Virus record (IMG/VR): IMGVR_UViG_3300037511_000125
Location: 1 to 64,000 of that record
Origin: a virus
Length of the DNA: 64,000 bases
Direction: 5' to 3' (one strand)
Shown: one piece after another, positions 60,318 through 64,000 of the stretch
Numbering within the stretch: position 1 is the stretch's first letter
How the letters are laid out: the number at the start of each line of letters is the position of its first letter
Made by a program: the position numbers and the translations under genes
Notes under the pieces: model-generated
Told to the model about the DNA's origin: nothing
The model's database searches: none
What the model saw: only the letters and a program-made list of their open reading frames with translations

Positions 60318-61269
60318 TTGGATTCAGGATGCAGTTAGCGATCGTCACCCATTGAGACGCGTCAGGTGCGCGGAAATTGCCGACCTGTCGCAACTCCTGG
60401 ACGATGAAGTTGTTCTGGAATGTCGTCTGATACTTGATACTCGATGGATACGCTGATTGGGTCGTCGTCACGAAGCCGGGGAGGTTTTGAAGCCCTTGCG
60501 GCATCCGGACAATGCTACCCATTTGCAGATCCGCTCTTGCCACCATCTTGATCTGGATGGTGTTGACGCCGATCCACGTCGGTTGGCCTATGAAATCCGT
60601 GAAGACGAGTTGTATCGGGGCGGGGGAAAATGACTTGTCGAATACGACGATCTTTCCAGCCTGAATACCGATCGTCACCCGACTATCGAAAATGCCTTCG
60701 GTAATGTCCCCGACCACTTGCGCCAACTGGTCAAGCGTGTCGTAGACGCCGATCTCGTCATGATTCTGCACAAGATCATTGCTGATGTTCATCTCGATCG
60801 GCATATTGGGATATGCAACATCGAGTGTTTGAAGCAGCGCGTCGGACAGTTGCGCCCCGGCGCGCCAGTTCAGCACGAAATTCCCCGGATTGTCGATCGT
60901 GAACGTGCCCGGCAAGACAACAAAGTCAAGGCTCTGATCGACGCCTTCCCAGTTGCCGAACGCCTGAAACACCATGCCTTTCAAGATGGTTCCGGCCTGT
61001 GCCGGATTGACCAATGGAAGGCCGGCGCGCATCCCCGCCTTCAGTTCAAGCGTCATCCCGGCGAACTGCTGAGGCTGCGTCAGATCCTGTAGCGCTATAC
61101 CGCGGACCTTGATTGTCGATGCCCCTGTGGGCGTTCCATACGGGCCGACCAGAGCATCGTATTCAATCTGCAGCGCCGCAGGATCGATGATGTTATTCGG
61201 ATGACTCGTCCACGTCCGGATTGGCGTCGTGCTTCCGGCTGGCGTTAGGGTCAAGGAATAAAATCGCAT
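60307..61269 (-). CDS. baseplate hub-like structural protein
   Basis: 320 aa; called from its position in the Mu-like order. Confidence 0.5.
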   Translation of the reverse strand: MRFYSLTLTPAGSTTPIRTWTSHPNNIIDPAALQIEYDALVGPYGTPTGASTIKVRGIALQDLTQPQQFAGMTLELKAGMRAGLPLVNPAQAGTILKGMVFQAFGNWEGVDQSLDFVVLPGTFTIDNPGNFVLNWRAGAQLSDALLQTLDVAYPNMPIEMNISNDLVQNHDEIGVYDTLDQLAQVVGDITEGIFDSRVTIGIQAGKIVVFDKSFSPAPIQLVFTDFIGQPTWIGVNTIQIKMVARADLQMGSIVRMPQGLQNLPGFVTTTQSAYPSSIKYQTTFQNNFIVQELRQVGNFRAPDASQWVTIANCILNPNGR

Positions 61270-61544
61270 TACGGATTGACTTCTATGTTGCCGGTGTCTT
61301 CGCGGTAGAGGATCGTACTCTGGCTAAAGATGCCCGGAGCCAACAGCACGTCATGGTTGAGTGACGACCCAACCATCGCTCCCGTCCATATCACCGTGCC
61401 GCTCACGTCGACGATCGACATGTAGTAACGCTGGCCGTAGAAACTCCACGTCACATTTGCCACGTAGCTACCGCCATCCAGCGTTACCGGTGTCGAGAAC
61501 GGCGGATTCGACGCGTTCGACGGAGTGAAAGGAATTAGCGTCAC
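61269..61544 (-). CDS. small tail/baseplate protein
   Basis: 91-aa coupled ORF. Confidence 0.5.
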   Translation of the reverse strand: MTLIPFTPSNASNPPFSTPVTLDGGSYVANVTWSFYGQRYYMSIVDVSGTVIWTGAMVGSSLNHDVLLAPGIFSQSTILYREDTGNIEVNP

Positions 61545-62287
61545 AGCGGAGAACTCAGGAATTGATTGACCGCGCCCGTTAGCTGGTTAATGCCTTGCGT
61601 GGCGCTTTGCGCTGCCGCACCGACTGCTGTCTGCGCACTCGACCAGAAGGAAGACCCGGCAGCGGGCGTGGCTCCCGAAAGTTGCGCGCCAGACGATAAC
61701 TTGGACATCAGTGCGTTAAACGCGCTCGTAGCACTCTGTTGCGTCACCAGTGGTTGAAAGAAGTCCCACTGGTATTCGATCTGGACTTGCCTCCCCGCGC
61801 CGCCCGTCACGTCCGTTACCTGGGTGAGCAAGCAATTCGGGTAGATACCGGCCGGCGTGGCAATCGTGTATGTTCCGCCCGCTGCGTTATGAGCTGCGAG
61901 TGACGATTGCAGGGACGAGAAAATCGCCAGTTTCGTCAGGTAACCAGCCGTATCATTGACGGGGGCAATCATCCGCAAAGAAATCGACAGCGGCTGCTGG
62001 ATGGTCGCGTTCGCGGCCGTCTGCTGATTGGCGAACGGATATACAGCAACCTGCTGGCTGATCAGCGTCGAACCAGGAACAGGGATGAACCGCGCAAAGA
62101 AATCGTCAGCCGTCAGGCTTCCACTGGACAACAGCCCTTGAGCGCCCCCGAGCAATTGGCCGGTGAGACCAATGATCGGCAACATCCCGCCCAACGTATT
62201 CGACGCGATGCCGTCCACCAGAATGATGGGCGACACCTGGAAGGCGATGTCATACGTACTGCGGAATGCATCGGAAATGGCGGCCAT
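61541..62287 (-). CDS. tail/baseplate structural protein
   Basis: 248-aa coupled ORF. Confidence 0.5.
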   Translation of the reverse strand: MAAISDAFRSTYDIAFQVSPIILVDGIASNTLGGMLPIIGLTGQLLGGAQGLLSSGSLTADDFFARFIPVPGSTLISQQVAVYPFANQQTAANATIQQPLSISLRMIAPVNDTAGYLTKLAIFSSLQSSLAAHNAAGGTYTIATPAGIYPNCLLTQVTDVTGGAGRQVQIEYQWDFFQPLVTQQSATSAFNALMSKLSSGAQLSGATPAAGSSFWSSAQTAVGAAAQSATQGINQLTGAVNQFLSSPL

Positions 62288-62288
62288 A

Positions 62289-63905
62289 TCAATGAGGTGC
62301 GGCGTTCATCGACGTTGCCACATTCGCTGTCGTCGAGTTGGTGATGTTGATGTTGACGCTCTGGCCTTGGCGAGCCAGCAGCGCCATGATCTTGTTGATA
62401 TACGGCTGGGTTTCCGACGAAGGAGAATGCGATTCCCAGTTATCTCCATATTTGGAAATGGCCTTATCAACGTTCCCCATGCCCCAGTTATACGCGGCGA
62501 GGGCTTTTCGCACATCCCCGCCATATCGCTTCAGAAGAAAAGTGTCATATCGTCTCGCTGCATCCATTGAATCTTGTAAATTGTTGACATCTCCATGACC
62601 CCATTCTTTCCACGTATCGGGCATGAATTGCAACGGTCCAAGTGCGCCTTTGGGTGATTTGAGATTTTTCCCTCGGTTTGACTCGACCGTATATTGGGCA
62701 TCGACAAGTGCCCCCAATGGGTCAGCAGAAGGCGAAGATGAATCGGATCCGAGTAAATTTCTATCGATCCAATTGCCCACCTTTGTTCCGTGCATCCAGT
62801 CGACAAGGGCATCAAGTTTGGTGTAGTTTTTCGAACCCTTGGGGGTTGGCTGCCCGGTGGTTATTTCGTGGACGACTGGCGTTACTTCCTTATCGATGAA
62901 CTTTGCAAGTGCAATTGCCGCTTTACTGGCTGCATCGCCGAGTACCACAAGATCCGGGCCAGCCTTCGCCAAGCTCTCATTGAACGTGTTCAGCACCTTC
63001 GCCCAATCGGACTGCAGCGCCGCTTTCACATCGGATGCCTGATCCGCCGTACCCTGATTGATCTCGTTCGCCTTGGCATCTGCCAACGTCTTATTTTGTG
63101 CCGCAACCCACTTTGCATCAGGCTGACTTTGCATTGCATTCAGTTGCTGAATGCTATAGAAGTCCGTAAAGCCATATGCCTTCGCCATAGATGCTGCCGG
63201 CATACCAGACTGCTTCCAGCCACGATATTTTGTGGCCGCTGCCCGTGCAAAATCGTACGTCAGTTGTTCGGCGTCTTCGTTCTGGATTTGCTGTGGAGTC
63301 AGGCCGGCCGCGATAAACGCGCGCCAGCGAGATACATCACCCTGCGCATTTGCAACGTTGCCAAGATCGGAAGTCCCAAGACCGAAGCGTTCGAAATTCG
63401 CGTCAAATGCCTGCGTCTGACCAATACGAAGGCCAAGCCCTCGCGCCTGGACATTCTGCCCCGCAACAGTGCTGGTTGCGCCATATACGGCACCAAGAGC
63501 AGACCCTACACCGCCGACGCCGACTGTCCCCAACTTGAGCAAAATCGTGCTCATGCTGACGATGGACTTCTGCATCGCAGCGGACGCTTTTTGCATCCGC
63601 GTCATCTGGATCGCGCCGTCCTTGGCCTTGACGTTGAACTTATCCTGAACGCCAGTCGCGCGGTACATCGCTTTCGAGATCGCGTCGGCCTGAATGGCCG
63701 CGATCATCAGGAAGTCTTTCGAATGTTTCGAAGACTCCGAAAACCCCTCCATGCCCTCACCGGCATCATCGATAACGTCGATGACCTTGGCCCAGTCCTC
63801 GGGCATGTCCTTGAGCTTTTTTTGGTACTCCGAGAATTCCTTGTGGAAGGCTGCAAATTTGCCGTCCGGATCGATGTCGATTTGGATAACGCTCTTCGTC
63901 GTCAT
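62289..63905 (-). CDS. tape-measure-like virion protein with a lytic transglycosylase (SLT) domain
   Basis: ...QYTVESNRGKNLKSPKGALGPLQFMPDTWKEWG... is an SLT motif with catalytic Glu. The N-terminus is a helical Ala/Lys-rich region. Confidence 0.7.
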   Translation of the reverse strand: MTTKSVIQIDIDPDGKFAAFHKEFSEYQKKLKDMPEDWAKVIDVIDDAGEGMEGFSESSKHSKDFLMIAAIQADAISKAMYRATGVQDKFNVKAKDGAIQMTRMQKASAAMQKSIVSMSTILLKLGTVGVGGVGSALGAVYGATSTVAGQNVQARGLGLRIGQTQAFDANFERFGLGTSDLGNVANAQGDVSRWRAFIAAGLTPQQIQNEDAEQLTYDFARAAATKYRGWKQSGMPAASMAKAYGFTDFYSIQQLNAMQSQPDAKWVAAQNKTLADAKANEINQGTADQASDVKAALQSDWAKVLNTFNESLAKAGPDLVVLGDAASKAAIALAKFIDKEVTPVVHEITTGQPTPKGSKNYTKLDALVDWMHGTKVGNWIDRNLLGSDSSSPSADPLGALVDAQYTVESNRGKNLKSPKGALGPLQFMPDTWKEWGHGDVNNLQDSMDAARRYDTFLLKRYGGDVRKALAAYNWGMGNVDKAISKYGDNWESHSPSSETQPYINKIMALLARQGQSVNINITNSTTANVATSMNAAPH

Positions 63906-64000
63906 GATCTCTTAAGGGCTTCTATCAGGTATCGATTCTTGTACTCCTGCGCCGAACGATAGGGCGAGTCGTACTGCTCGAAGGTTTCGGCGAATCCCTC
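63902..64000 (-). CDS. 3' end of an upstream tail gene (partial)
   Basis: My translation reads ...EGFAETFEQYDSPYRSAQEYKNRYLIEALKRS. The stop overlaps the next ATG (ATGA). Confidence 0.4.
   Translation of the reverse strand, partial: EGFAETFEQYDSPYRSAQEYKNRYLIEALKRS

Noticed and set aside
62790-63962. 390-aa plus-strand ORF.
   Set aside because: It is antisense to the SLT-domain tape-measure-like gene. It is Arg/Cys/His-rich and has no start context.

Overview
The whole window reads as one GC-rich temperate tailed-phage genome. Codon usage and protein types look Burkholderia-like, which is my guess only. I see no host chromosome. Layout: 1-8640 (-) packaging and head genes (TerS, TerL, portal, head morphogenesis, an inserted GIY-YIG endonuclease, a Nudix::scaffold fusion, capsid running off the left edge). 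8667-13660 (-) holds late-region accessory genes and a lambda-like late switch (Q-like gene, near-consensus promoter, short terminated leader). 13725-23882 (-) is the early-left operon (helicase, primase, SSB, NinG, nucleotide-metabolism genes, HNH-type nucleases). 23936/24207 is a divergent Cro-like/CI-like immunity switch. 24207-44725 (+) is a very long early-right operon of small genes with RecT/exonuclease, a C5-methyltransferase, a TnpB-only IS element, HNH + RtcB, and Xis/Int. 44730-44975 looks like an intact attP with a tRNA-Ser-like 3' core and arm repeats. 44972-52891 is an accessory and lysis region (Int-N::GIY-YIG chimera, RHH + OB-less ligase, lipoprotein + lipase, lysozyme, P63C, a low-GC GT2 moron). 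52892-64000 (-) holds tailspike, tail fibre and a Mu-like baseplate, with a tape-measure-like SLT protein at the right end. Head genes at the left edge and tail genes at the right edge are co-oriented, so the molecule is circularly permuted relative to the window. With attP intact, it is apparently not integrated. No rRNA, complete tRNA or CRISPR array was seen. The observations I rank highest are: (i) two, possibly three, long ORF-free and heavily base-paired segments that look like large ncRNAs; (ii) a C5-methyltransferase locus where a second frame is open over about 860 nt, has better GC3 and SD spacing, and carries recognisable motifs; (iii) a two-gene antisense cassette splitting the baseplate operon; (iv) GIY-YIG-like genes bracketing Xis-Int-attP, one fused to a copy of the integrase N-terminus; (v) an RHH plus OB-less ligase pair and a lipoprotein-lipase pair; (vi) a 40-aa prepilin-like mini-peptide. 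All functional calls come from motif recognition by eye and memory. No database search was run.
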